Virus record (IMG/VR): IMGVR_UViG_3300037524_000450
Location: 18,784 to 82,783 of that record
DNA length: 64,000 nucleotides
Reading direction: 5' to 3' (one strand)
DNA from: a virus
Taxonomy: Duplodnaviria; Caudoviricetes
Positions 27,921-37,895 of the stretch are shown here, in pieces. How positions within the stretch are numbered: the first letter of the stretch is position 1; the number at the start of each line of letters is the position of its first letter. Made by a program: the position numbers and the translations under genes. A model generated the notes under the pieces. It saw only the letters and a list, made by a program, of their open reading frames with translations. It ran no database searches and was not told the origin of the DNA.

Positions 27921-30900
27921 ATGGCTATTTTCAAACCAGTAATCTCGATAATCGGGTATGGGCCTGGAGACGGGCTTGAACTTTTTGAAGCTACCGATAT
28001 TTATCGTTGGGACGTGGATAACCGTCCCCTAGAGAATCTTGCTGATAATGACGTTGCTATCAAAGATGCCGTAGACGCACTTGTAGACGAAATTGAAGAC
28101 GCCTATGATGGCAAGCTTTGGCCAACTGGTGTAGACAATACGTTTACTACCCTGGATAACCGGCTTGATAACATGGACGTATTCCTTCAAGAGCTTTTCG
28201 AAGTTCGCAATGTCCAGTACTCTAGTTTCGTTCAGACGGCTACCTTCTTAAGAGAACGGTACACCAGTGGTTTTCTTAATGGCCCGTTCCCGGATACGTT
28301 TGTCCGGTCGAACTTCGCCATGGAAAACAACGAAGCCATGCCTTCTCCTTTTGGTGGTTTCTACGTTCCTGAAACATCAGAATCTATTGAAGACCAGAAC
28401 CAACCAGACCAAGATGTAAAGAACATGGTAGCTATGGAAACTCGTATTGAGCAAGATGGAGTAGCATGGACAGCTACCAAAAAGCCTATCTATGTTCATG
28501 TCAACGGCTTTATTGTCCCAATGCTCAACTGTCATGGGGGTACAAGAGAAACAGACCAAAGCATAGACGACCACCGGGCACATGGGATTTATGGCCCAGT
28601 GACTATTGGGTTCCCAGAAGCCCCCGCGACAGGACACCGCTTTGACTTTGCCTTCCTAGAAGTTTGGCTCCAAGAAGTTTCACAAACTGGTGGTACTTTC
28701 TACCCTTATGGTTCTCGGGATTACTCAAACTGGTCTGGTCGTGTACAACTAGGTGTTGGAGATGCGCTGGAAGATAATTTCTTAGGCCAAGTAGCTCACC
28801 GCGACCTTGTGACTTATGACGAAACAAACTGGGGGTTTAGTGTATTTGTCCGCGCAGATTTAACTGACATAGACTGGGATACTGAAACTCCTGTTTGTGC
28901 TGATAATGGTGCCGGTGCTCTTGTTGGGGCTACCTGTAATGGTACTATTGACTATGACACTGGTGAATGGGAGATAACTTTTGACGGGGGTAGTGAACCT
29001 GGGGTTGGGGAACTTATTGTAGCTGTTTACCGGTACAATGGTGTAGCAGACCCTGACACTGAAACAGTTAGAGGAACCATCAGCTTCCTACCCAATGGTA
29101 ACTACCTCCAGGTACAACACAAAATTCGTGTAATTCCTGGTGTTGACTATGAACAGTACCCGTTCTGGTTCAATGACCCAGCAGTAGAAGCTCGGGCAGG
29201 CAATGATATGCCTGTTACTAACTATGTGTATCATAACGCTTTAAATGACATTCATGATGGTTCTCTTTGGAGAGCTGGAGATGGGGACTCTGCTTCAAAG
29301 GCAGACCTTGGTACTTTTGATGGTTATGTATACGCTGTCCCTCTCTGTGCTTGGTCACGGTATAATCGTGCGCCTTGGACCACAATTAACCAAAATGGCG
29401 GTGTAGACCGACTTGACGGTCACCAGTATGGTGTTTGTGAGGATGCCCAGTTCTTGGACCTTCGCCCCGTGGTATTGGCTGAGCGGTATGACATGCGGGC
29501 TGCTGCTGAAAATACCCTTGACCGTATCATCCGTGGGGCACACCACTCTATTTTTGGTGAAGCACAAACAGACTACGAAGATACTAATGACTGGACAGGC
29601 CAAGATATTTGGGGCACAGAAGTTCCTGAACTGTGGCGTATTCATCCTCGTGTTGGTCTAGCTGCTGACCCGGATATTAATATAGTTCGGGATATTGGGC
29701 TGTCTATTTCAACAGATCCATTAAGTGTTGATTACCCAGCTCCTGTTGCTCATCATGATGGTGTTCGCCAAGTATACTCACCACAAGAAGAAGTCCAACA
29801 GGTTCCAATCTACATCGAAGATGTAGACAACTCGGATACTTGTACTCCTGCCATTGTTGTGACTTATGACCACTTGACAAAGGTTATTACCTTGTCCACA
29901 ACAGATAATACTTTGTCTGGTTACTCAACTATAGCTGGTCAAGGTGTTATTATCAATGACAGTTATCCTAGGTTGTATTGGAGAACTACAAGACAACCGG
30001 TTAAACTTTCTTCTTTGTGGAGTGGCTTAGGAACTAACACAGCTACTGCCACGATTGATGACTCAGCCGCTACTTTCGTTTCTAGCGGTACTATTGACGG
30101 CTTTGTTGACCTTCTTTACCCCGAGTGTACGGCAATTGCTCGTCCGGTAAAAGAGATTGATGCCGTTCAGTTCTACGATGGTATTGCAAACTACAATACT
30201 ATTATCGCGGGTAATGAAGATGGCTCTGCGGATGACCCTGATATTGTTGCCTGGAAGCTTAACTTGACTAGCCCGTTAGAGCCAGGGTTCCAGCTTCCTA
30301 ATGGTATTTGTGTTGACCCGACAAACACGTATATCTACGTGTGTGATAGTGCTAACAACCGGGTTGTTAAGCTTCTTGCTTCAGACATGACACATGTTGC
30401 TCAGTGGCCAACCTTAGCTAACTACCCGGTAGATTTTAGTGGTTTCACTGCCGCTACAGATTTACGGTACCCTGTAGACGTAGCTTGTGATGCGGCAGGT
30501 AATGTCTATATTGCAGATCGAGAAGATCACCGAGTTGTCAAGGTTAACGGGGACTTAGACACGTATATTGGGTGTTTTGGGAACTCTGGAACTGCAACTA
30601 ATGACCCAACAAGCACAACAGAGCTTAATTCTCCTGAAGGAGTTACTGTTGACAGCTCGGGTAACCTGTTTATTTCTGACACCGGATTGTACCGACTTGT
30701 AAAGGTTACCGCAGCGGCTCTTATCCCTGCTGGTAACATTGGTTATGTGGCGCATATTGGTAATGGTTTTTCAGGTGTTGGTATTGACCAGTTTATCCAA
30801 CCAATGGGTCTTGATATTGGTGCCATTGGCTTAGACGATTATGTTTATGTCGCTGACAAGAACCGAGTTGTACAGGTTGATGCTACTAGCATGGAGGTCA

Positions 30901-33029
30901 CTAACATCCTCGGTGCTAGAAATACAAGCAACGTTCAGAAATTCTATCGGCATATGTATGCCACATTCTACGGGTTCCAAGAAGATTCCGTAACCGGTGA
31001 AAAGTACGCGGTACAACATGACCGTAGAATGCTTTATAAGTTTGATGCCTACTGGAATCTCATTGCTACCTTCGGTGTAGACGGTGTGGCTGGGTGGGAT
31101 GACCCAGGCTGGGATGTGGATGTTACAAACCAAACACACCTTCAGTTCCCTGGTGATTTGATTCTTGACGAGGATGCTAATCTCCTTTATCTAGCAGTAA
31201 GTTCTCACGAACAAAACGACACAGGGGCTATTTACATCTTTAATACTGACCTTGAAATTCAAGCAATTTACAAGACTCCTTTTGGAGCTAATGGTGGACC
31301 TAAAGGATTAGCCCTCTACCCTGCTGCTGATACTACCGCTAGGTTGTATGTAAACGCTGGTCCTAGAATTGTAAAAATTTCTCTTCCGGCGGCTGGTGGT
31401 CGGGCTAACACGGCTGGATGGGCTGTTGTATGGACCCTTACTAACTCAACTGTTGGGTTTACTCTAGGTGACCAGTTTAGACAACCGTACGACCTTGAGT
31501 TAAATACCTCAGGTGACGAGTTGTACGTCTCTGACATTATGCGTGGTGAAGTAGTTCAGCTTAACCCAGTTCCAAATCCACCAACCATCATTGACAGGTG
31601 TACTGTTGGTTCGGTATGGCCCCCTCCAGATAATGTTGGGGCACCCCTTGGTATCTCTCTTGCCCACGATGAACAGTACTTGTACGTTTGTGGTCATGGG
31701 GATGCAAACTGGGTAGGAAACGAAACTGTCCCCCATATCCGGGTCATTGACACAACAAGCATGACTATTGTGGAGCGCTTAATTGACAGTAGTAACTGGG
31801 CACCCGGAGATCACCCTGTAAACATTCGATTTGACATGAATGGCGACATCTATTTGATGATGTCTAGAAGCCTACTTGTCTATGAAGCAGACGTTACAGG
31901 ATTCCAGTACACAGGTACTGCCCCAGGCGAGCTGTCCAACTTCTTGTACAATACTTATTCTCTCCCGGTAACGATTGATTTGACCCTTCCTATCCCGTGG
32001 GTTAACTGCCGAGCAGTTCATACAAAGAATAACATTCTGTATGTGGCAGACCCCTTTGCCAACTCTGTAACTTCAGTACACATGGACAGCTTACTTGTTC
32101 TTGGGACAGCAAGCAGTCCTGCTATGGTTAACCGGGGTAAGGCATCCACTGCAGGCCCTGCTGGCGTGGCTGTCATTGGAAACCGGCTATACTTAGCCGA
32201 TACGTTTAATAACCGGCTGCTGAGTTCACACACCTGTTGCCCCATCGTAGAGCGGGGGACTGGACGAATTCAGTACTTGATTACTCCAGAAGAAGCCGCT
32301 TACACTACCTTCCAGGTTAGATATACTCCGTACCAAGGTATATGGCAGAGGTTAGCCGGTGGTGGTGTTTATGGGCGACATTTTGTTACAGATAATAATC
32401 AAATGTATGTCACAACATTGGGTAGGGGAACGCCTACTTATATTGACCCTGGTAGTGGTGTTACTCACTACTCCAACATGTTAAGTCATCTTCCTTGCCC
32501 GGTTGATGTACCTTACAAAGCAATTGAGGGTTTACCCGGTTGCCGTATTACTAATGAATACTTGATTGCTCCGGAAAACCTTCCATTGGCACTAGGGACT
32601 GTTGGTCCTTACCTACAGCTTCCTGTGTTAAACCGTTACCCAGCAAGTGCCCAAGAAATGAATCCTTGGTACTCGTCTGGTTCTAGGTTTGACTTTAACC
32701 GCTTCTTCTTCAATCAAGGAGCAGGGCCTGGGAATGCGGTTGATGCAAGTGGTACGCCTATTGAAGTGTATAACTTATTCACGCCTCGGGGTTTCTTTGC
32801 CAATGGCTTCACCCCTGGTTTTGACGTGTTAACTACTTTCCCGCTTCAGTCTCCTTGTATTCCTAGGATTCTGTTCTCAACTATGGTAATTGAGATTGAA
32901 GGAGAAGGCTACTTACTTATCTATACTAATTATCGTTCTGTGCCTGGTAATGTACTTAACAACGGTACTCAGATAACAGCAGACGTGTTCAAATTGTACG
33001 GTAACCCTGGGATTAAAACGAGGTACTAA
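27921..33029 (+). CDS. large virion protein with NHL-repeat beta-propellers
   Basis: NRPLENLADND tail-protein N-terminus. NHL repeats such as PNGICVD-x5-IYVCDSANNRV, YPVDVACD-x2-GNVYIADREDHRV and SPEGVTVDSSGNLFISDTG. RBS GGAG before ATG 27921. Confidence 0.8.
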   Translation: MAIFKPVISIIGYGPGDGLELFEATDIYRWDVDNRPLENLADNDVAIKDAVDALVDEIEDAYDGKLWPTGVDNTFTTLDNRLDNMDVFLQELFEVRNVQYSSFVQTATFLRERYTSGFLNGPFPDTFVRSNFAMENNEAMPSPFGGFYVPETSESIEDQNQPDQDVKNMVAMETRIEQDGVAWTATKKPIYVHVNGFIVPMLNCHGGTRETDQSIDDHRAHGIYGPVTIGFPEAPATGHRFDFAFLEVWLQEVSQTGGTFYPYGSRDYSNWSGRVQLGVGDALEDNFLGQVAHRDLVTYDETNWGFSVFVRADLTDIDWDTETPVCADNGAGALVGATCNGTIDYDTGEWEITFDGGSEPGVGELIVAVYRYNGVADPDTETVRGTISFLPNGNYLQVQHKIRVIPGVDYEQYPFWFNDPAVEARAGNDMPVTNYVYHNALNDIHDGSLWRAGDGDSASKADLGTFDGYVYAVPLCAWSRYNRAPWTTINQNGGVDRLDGHQYGVCEDAQFLDLRPVVLAERYDMRAAAENTLDRIIRGAHHSIFGEAQTDYEDTNDWTGQDIWGTEVPELWRIHPRVGLAADPDINIVRDIGLSISTDPLSVDYPAPVAHHDGVRQVYSPQEEVQQVPIYIEDVDNSDTCTPAIVVTYDHLTKVITLSTTDNTLSGYSTIAGQGVIINDSYPRLYWRTTRQPVKLSSLWSGLGTNTATATIDDSAATFVSSGTIDGFVDLLYPECTAIARPVKEIDAVQFYDGIANYNTIIAGNEDGSADDPDIVAWKLNLTSPLEPGFQLPNGICVDPTNTYIYVCDSANNRVVKLLASDMTHVAQWPTLANYPVDFSGFTAATDLRYPVDVACDAAGNVYIADREDHRVVKVNGDLDTYIGCFGNSGTATNDPTSTTELNSPEGVTVDSSGNLFISDTGLYRLVKVTAAALIPAGNIGYVAHIGNGFSGVGIDQFIQPMGLDIGAIGLDDYVYVADKNRVVQVDATSMEVTNILGARNTSNVQKFYRHMYATFYGFQEDSVTGEKYAVQHDRRMLYKFDAYWNLIATFGVDGVAGWDDPGWDVDVTNQTHLQFPGDLILDEDANLLYLAVSSHEQNDTGAIYIFNTDLEIQAIYKTPFGANGGPKGLALYPAADTTARLYVNAGPRIVKISLPAAGGRANTAGWAVVWTLTNSTVGFTLGDQFRQPYDLELNTSGDELYVSDIMRGEVVQLNPVPNPPTIIDRCTVGSVWPPPDNVGAPLGISLAHDEQYLYVCGHGDANWVGNETVPHIRVIDTTSMTIVERLIDSSNWAPGDHPVNIRFDMNGDIYLMMSRSLLVYEADVTGFQYTGTAPGELSNFLYNTYSLPVTIDLTLPIPWVNCRAVHTKNNILYVADPFANSVTSVHMDSLLVLGTASSPAMVNRGKASTAGPAGVAVIGNRLYLADTFNNRLLSSHTCCPIVERGTGRIQYLITPEEAAYTTFQVRYTPYQGIWQRLAGGGVYGRHFVTDNNQMYVTTLGRGTPTYIDPGSGVTHYSNMLSHLPCPVDVPYKAIEGLPGCRITNEYLIAPENLPLALGTVGPYLQLPVLNRYPASAQEMNPWYSSGSRFDFNRFFFNQGAGPGNAVDASGTPIEVYNLFTPRGFFANGFTPGFDVLTTFPLQSPCIPRILFSTMVIEIEGEGYLLIYTNYRSVPGNVLNNGTQITADVFKLYGNPGIKTRY

Positions 33030-33030
33030 T

Positions 33031-33906
33031 ATGCCCTATGCCATTTTTTCTAAAAGAACAAAAGTTGTAAATCGAATTGTAGATGATCTCTCAAGTCTTT
33101 TGCCTAGTGAGTCTATGATTGAAGTAGACGCTGGGATTAGATACCCCAGAGGTTATAAAAGTATTGTAGAAGGCCAAAAGGTTAATACCTTTGGTTTCCC
33201 CATGTTTTTAACTTCAGACGGTACTCCTACAATTAGCCCGCAGTATATTGACTACGATCCGGTTACAGGACGCCCCTATGCTGTTACTAACAAGCCCATA
33301 TACGAACAACCTACTGTTCCTGGTGGAGAAAGAAAAACCATCTGGAATGATATTTCTATTATTGCTCACCCTTTTGTTTGGAATGCTTATGAAGTTGCTG
33401 CGCTTAAGTACGAATCTATTTTAGCCCGCAACTACCCATTCCAAGTTGCTATTGGTGAAGAGTTCATTACAGATGAACATATTAATACTGGTGCATCAGA
33501 TAATTATGTGCTGAGCGAAGGTAAGTGCTATATCGCTCCGGGTGGTGTCCTCCAAACAGATGAATTTCAGTTCTTTGTTAACACCCAAGGTTTAATTGCT
33601 CCTCTTGGAGTTTCAGATGATGATAATAGACAATATGTTTTTGACACCTATTTTCTAGATATGGAGCCAGACCCACCGTTTGGTGTGAAAGTAGAATGGA
33701 CTGCTCGTTCTTGGGACACGGGTAATTTACTGGGTACATGGCACCCAGCAACAACAAATGACCAGACACCAACTACAGAAGTGGGTGCCTCTACTTCTAC
33801 TGTTTGTATGGGTATTATCTTACGAGTAACTAACCAGACAGCAGATTTGTATGCTTTAGAAAATTACTTGTTGATGCTTCGTATTCGTAAGCTCCCAACC
33901 TATTAA
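33031..33906 (+). CDS. hypothetical structural protein
   Basis: 291-aa ORF in the late operon. Confidence 0.7.
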   Translation: MPYAIFSKRTKVVNRIVDDLSSLLPSESMIEVDAGIRYPRGYKSIVEGQKVNTFGFPMFLTSDGTPTISPQYIDYDPVTGRPYAVTNKPIYEQPTVPGGERKTIWNDISIIAHPFVWNAYEVAALKYESILARNYPFQVAIGEEFITDEHINTGASDNYVLSEGKCYIAPGGVLQTDEFQFFVNTQGLIAPLGVSDDDNRQYVFDTYFLDMEPDPPFGVKVEWTARSWDTGNLLGTWHPATTNDQTPTTEVGASTSTVCMGIILRVTNQTADLYALENYLLMLRIRKLPTY

Positions 33907-33916
33907 GGAGATTGTT

Positions 33917-34303
33917 ATGGCTTTCTTTGCTTCTATTGACGATTTACCCGGTGCTAGAACTAGTTGGAAAGATAAACCCCCAACAGATCCTGAGCCACCT
34001 GTGGTTATTCCTGACCCTCCTCGACAAAAACCACGAGGGATTGCTATTGACTGGCGTTGTGAGATAAAAGATAAAATCCTTGTTACAGATGAAAATAAGG
34101 TTCCTCTTCTTTGGACTTGTGATGCTGCTTTAAGATCCGATGGTAAACACCATCTTCTTGGTAGCCAGGTTCTTACCTATGCCGAGTACATTAGCAAGCC
34201 TGTCTCAGTGGCTATTGACAATGTATCCGTGCCAATAAAACCTGTTTACGACAACAAGCAGGCTAAGGCTTATGTGGTTGAAAACTATAAGGATAACCCA
34301 TAA
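33917..34303 (+). CDS. hypothetical protein
   Basis: AAGGAG RBS, 128 aa. Confidence 0.7.
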   Translation: MAFFASIDDLPGARTSWKDKPPTDPEPPVVIPDPPRQKPRGIAIDWRCEIKDKILVTDENKVPLLWTCDAALRSDGKHHLLGSQVLTYAEYISKPVSVAIDNVSVPIKPVYDNKQAKAYVVENYKDNP

Positions 34304-34470
34304 TGGATAACGCCAGAGAACTAGTTCTCGAAGATGTAATGAACCGTCTAGTCGAAGAGCGGGGAACTGAAATCCTCGCTCTCGACTGGAGTATTTTGGA
34401 TATGTTAGTTACGGAACGAATTAACGATGATAAACATACGACAGTTATAACGCCGGATAAGTCACGATAA
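34303..34470 (+). CDS. small hypothetical protein (55 aa)
   Basis: TAATG coupling. MDNARELVLEDVMNRL... translated by hand; it is below the ORF-track cutoff. Confidence 0.5.
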   Translation: MDNARELVLEDVMNRLVEERGTEILALDWSILDMLVTERINDDKHTTVITPDKSR

Positions 34471-34503
34471 TTATATGCTATATAATTTGTATAAGGAGTT
34501 TCA

Positions 34504-35037
34504 ATGCCTAGATGGACTCACGTAATCATTCACCACTCCTTCACTGGAGACACACTTTTACCCGATATTATCGCCATTAGGAAGTTCCACACGAGTTATC
34601 GTGACGGTGGTAATATCATCACGCCCGAGGAGTATACAGAAAAAAAGGCTTTAAACGCCCCAGGATTGGTCGCTCCTTGGAAGGATATAGGATATCACTG
34701 GTTGATCGAAAACCTGTCAGACGGGCGTCCATGGCTAATACAGGGCAGGTCCATGATGATGCACGGGGCACACTGTGTTGAACAGGGGATGAACCGAAGG
34801 GGTATTGGGTTGTGCCTTGTGGGTAACTTCGATGCTGCCCCACCCTCTGAAGCTATGTTCGAGAAGGCTGCAGACACCGTTGCTTGGCTCTGTAGGATGT
34901 ACCATATCGACTTAGCTAACGTTCAGGGGCATCGAGAGTACGCCTCGTATAAGAGTTGTCCTGGTACTAAGTTTGATATGGACTACTTTAAGGAACGTGT
35001 GGTAGACTATTTAGCTGTGTGGGCACCTAATGGATAA
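34504..35037 (+). CDS. endolysin, N-acetylmuramoyl-L-alanine amidase (Amidase_2)
   Basis: HVIIHHS, WKDIGYHWLI, GAHC, GIGLCLVGNFD, VQGHRE and KSCPG zinc-amidase motifs. Confidence 0.95.
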   Translation: MPRWTHVIIHHSFTGDTLLPDIIAIRKFHTSYRDGGNIITPEEYTEKKALNAPGLVAPWKDIGYHWLIENLSDGRPWLIQGRSMMMHGAHCVEQGMNRRGIGLCLVGNFDAAPPSEAMFEKAADTVAWLCRMYHIDLANVQGHREYASYKSCPGTKFDMDYFKERVVDYLAVWAPNG

Positions 35038-35040
35038 TGT

Positions 35041-35340
35041 ATGGAAATTTTTACCACCCTGCTTGCTTTCGCCTCCGAGATAAGTATCCGGCATGTGCTG
35101 GTGTTAAATCTTATCGGGTGGATGGTTAAGTGTTTTTTACAACACCGGGGGTGGGATAATTGGACCGATGTTATCCCATTTATTCTTGCAACAGTAGGGA
35201 TTGCTCTTGCCCATTTTGACATGGGCACCTATCAAGTTAACTTTATTATTCACGGGTTAGCTAATGCAGGTATGGCTTGGCTACTTCATAAGGTAGTTAA
35301 AGAAACCAAGAAGACGGTTGAAACATACCGCAGTAAATAA
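35041..35340 (+). CDS. putative holin
   Basis: 99 aa with about three hydrophobic segments and a basic C-terminus. Directly after the endolysin. Confidence 0.65.
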   Translation: MEIFTTLLAFASEISIRHVLVLNLIGWMVKCFLQHRGWDNWTDVIPFILATVGIALAHFDMGTYQVNFIIHGLANAGMAWLLHKVVKETKKTVETYRSK

Positions 35341-35341
35341 T

Positions 35342-35827
35342 ATGGCTACGATTGGTATCACTCGTTTCGAGTTCCTGAAAATGCTACCCGGACTGCGTAA
35401 GCGTTTGAAAAGATCGTTGTCATGTGGTAATCTAGATGTGGTTGAGGGATTAATAACTGTTGGTTGGTTATGTGGTAACTTTTCGAGGGCGGCAGATGAC
35501 CAATATGAGATAATGTTTCGAACCATAGAACAGTCGTTCTATAAGACCGCAGAGATACTAGCCAAGGAGGAAAAAATGGCAAAGATCGAGTTGGGTATTA
35601 CAGTTGGTGAGATCATGAGTATGCTTCCGGAAGTTATTGCTGAGGGGTGGAAATCTTACTCGGACGACAAGAAGATTACAGTTGACGAGGCGCTCCTGCT
35701 TGTTGCTACAATTCTTCGTGAGATGGCCGAGGCTGCTGATGACCCGAAGGTTGGCGATTTCTTCGTAGCGCAGGCTGAGGCTATGGAGGCGCTTGCTCCG
35801 TTCTTCGTCGAAGAGGAACCCGTGTAA
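35342..35827 (+). CDS. tandem two-repeat helical protein with an internal in-frame start at 35576
   Basis: The two halves share GIT-x2-E-x3-MLP and AADD. AAGGAGG RBS precedes ATG 35576. Confidence 0.65.
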   Translation: MATIGITRFEFLKMLPGLRKRLKRSLSCGNLDVVEGLITVGWLCGNFSRAADDQYEIMFRTIEQSFYKTAEILAKEEKMAKIELGITVGEIMSMLPEVIAEGWKSYSDDKKITVDEALLLVATILREMAEAADDPKVGDFFVAQAEAMEALAPFFVEEEPV

Positions 35828-35864
35828 TTTAGCCAAAAGCTAAGTTATTATAAACAAAAACGTT

Positions 35865-35894
35865 GGATGACCCTGGGGTTTCTCAGGGTCATCC
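35865..35894. terminator. perfect 11-bp hairpin, probable terminator; U-tract on the minus strand
   Basis: GGATGACCCTG / CAGGGTCATCC, preceded by AAACAAAAACG. Confidence 0.6.
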
Positions 35895-35964
35895 CTTATA
35901 AGATGATATACTAATTAATAGAAAGGACAGAAAATGTCAGAAGTTTCACCTTATAGGAGGGTAC

Positions 35965-37176
35965 ATGAGTAAGCCCAGACAACAAATAATACACACGGTA
36001 GATGAGCAAGGGTGTATTCATGTATCCACCACCCCGTTCTTGACTGGTAACATAGAAAGTTTCTATATTGACAGCGAAGGTATCCGGCACATTGGCTTCT
36101 CTACCGAGGAAAATGTAAGAGCCGCGTTCAATATCCCAGATGACTACGAAACAGTAGACTTCAAACCAAACTCCTGGATACAGCAGGATTCTAACGGCCC
36201 CTTTGTTGCCCACCAGATTCGGGCAAACTTCTCCCCTCCCAAACCGGGTCAAGTTGTTATGGAGAGTCTTTTAAAAGAAATTAAAAGTAACTCTCCTAAG
36301 GTGCCTAATAGGTTTGTCAACATTAACCGTAAGAAGAACAAGCGCATGTTAGAGATCTCAGTGATGGACCCTCACTTCGGGATGCAGTGTTTTGCTCCTG
36401 GGGCAGACCATCCTTATGATCTTAGTCTAGCCCACCAGCTCTACGCCTGGGCTATCTCGGAGCTTAGCTCTCTGGGGATGGCTTATGGTGACGTGACAGA
36501 GATCCTGTTTCCCATTGGTAATGACTTCCTCCATGCAGAGCCTATGGCTTTGTCAAAGGGTATTGGTCATGCCACTGCTGGGGGCACGGTTCAACCGGAG
36601 ATGGTGGCATGGCACCACGCTTACATAGAGGGAGAAAAGATTCTACGGGAAGCGATTACTTTCTTGAGTGAGCTTGCTCCTGTACACGTCGTTGTGATTC
36701 CTGGTAATCATGATCGTTATTCAGCGTTTACGCTTGGTAGGGTCATGAATGCCTACTTCCACAATGATGCAAACGTCACAGTTGAATGCGACACCTCCCC
36801 CTACAAGTTCAAGCGGTTTGGTGTTAACCTGATTGGGTTTGAACATGGACACAGTGTTGCTCCCATTCGTCTAGCTGCTCTTATGGCGAATGAGAGACCC
36901 CAGGACTGGGCCGAGACGAGCTACCGAGAGTGGCATCTTGGGGACCAGCACAGGAAGGGCGTTTCAAAGCCTTCCACCTTTGAAGAGCAGGGCGTCAGTG
37001 TTGAATACCTGCCCTCGTTGGTAGCACCTAACGAGTGGCATCGAATCAAATCCTTTAACTGGCAGAAGCGTGGAGCTATGGCTTGGGTGTGGGACTACCA
37101 CTATGGTCCTACTGCGAGACTCCAAGTCAACCTTAATAGCTACACAGGTAAGCCTTACGTTGGTCCTGTAGAGTAA
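35965..37176 (+). CDS. calcineurin-like metallophosphoesterase / nuclease
   Basis: DPHFG, GNDFLH, PGNHD, HGH and HLGDQH metal-binding motifs. Confidence 0.85.
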   Translation: MSKPRQQIIHTVDEQGCIHVSTTPFLTGNIESFYIDSEGIRHIGFSTEENVRAAFNIPDDYETVDFKPNSWIQQDSNGPFVAHQIRANFSPPKPGQVVMESLLKEIKSNSPKVPNRFVNINRKKNKRMLEISVMDPHFGMQCFAPGADHPYDLSLAHQLYAWAISELSSLGMAYGDVTEILFPIGNDFLHAEPMALSKGIGHATAGGTVQPEMVAWHHAYIEGEKILREAITFLSELAPVHVVVIPGNHDRYSAFTLGRVMNAYFHNDANVTVECDTSPYKFKRFGVNLIGFEHGHSVAPIRLAALMANERPQDWAETSYREWHLGDQHRKGVSKPSTFEEQGVSVEYLPSLVAPNEWHRIKSFNWQKRGAMAWVWDYHYGPTARLQVNLNSYTGKPYVGPVE

Positions 37177-37187
37177 TTGGAGGTATT

Positions 37188-37487
37188 ATGCCGATTCCAG
37201 CGTTTAGTGTGTTAGCATTCGTTTGGCAGTATGTTATCCCGATCATTAAGGACATTGCTCAGGTCTTAGCCAAGGGTACATACTCCTATGTCAAAGGTCG
37301 CGTCGATGATCTAGATGTGCTGGCAATGAAGGGGATTGAGAAGCGTACGCGAGTATTTGAAGACGCTTCAGAATTTCTCAAGCAAAAAGGCGTTGATACC
37401 AGTCTTTATTCATCTGCCGCGATTTATTTATTGATAGAGATTGCTGTTGTCAATCTCAAGAAGCAGCAAAAGAAGCTTGTGAAGTAG
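37188..37487 (+). CDS. small membrane-anchored protein, holin-like
   Basis: N-terminal hydrophobic helix. The KRTRVFE...LIEIAV pattern resembles LL-H-type holins. Confidence 0.5.
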   Translation: MPIPAFSVLAFVWQYVIPIIKDIAQVLAKGTYSYVKGRVDDLDVLAMKGIEKRTRVFEDASEFLKQKGVDTSLYSSAAIYLLIEIAVVNLKKQQKKLVK

Positions 37488-37499
37488 TTTGGAGGCTTA

Positions 37500-37802
37500 A
37501 TGAATACTACTGATCTTAAGAATGAGGTGTACCGTAATCTGTCCAAGTCGTTTAGTCCAGCGTTGACCAAGGAAGAGATTTCTACCATTGTTGACACTGT
37601 TATTGATGCCATGTCTCTTGGACTCACAACTAATGACGAAGAAGGCGAGAACAAGGTCGTACTACGAGGATTTGGTACCCTTAAGGTGGTGAACCGTAAG
37701 GGCCGTACCTACAGCGTTCGCGGTAAGCAAGTTACCGTTGGCGACCGCAAGACGGTCGTATTTAAGCCAGGAACCGATCTGGCCAAGTCTATTTCTGAAT
37801 AA
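37500..37802 (+). CDS. hup: HU/IHF-family DNA-binding protein
   Basis: KVVLRGFGTLKVVNRKGR...RKTVVFKPG-x2-L signature. Confidence 0.93.
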   Translation: MNTTDLKNEVYRNLSKSFSPALTKEEISTIVDTVIDAMSLGLTTNDEEGENKVVLRGFGTLKVVNRKGRTYSVRGKQVTVGDRKTVVFKPGTDLAKSISE

Positions 37803-37848
37803 AGGTGGTATTGGCTTTCTCCCTCCCCTAAGCCAAAAAAACTGCCGT

Positions 37849-37876
37849 AAGCCCTCTTTTTAGAGGGCTTTTTTAT
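37849..37876 (+). terminator. intrinsic terminator after HU
   Basis: AAGCCCTCT-TTTT-AGAGGGCTT followed by a T-run. Confidence 0.85.
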
Positions 37877-37895
37877 TTATTGTCTAGGAGTTGCT

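Noticed and set aside
20184-33029. Diversity-generating retroelement acting on tail genes
   Set aside because: There is no reverse transcriptase in the window, and the repeats do not differ specifically at adenines.
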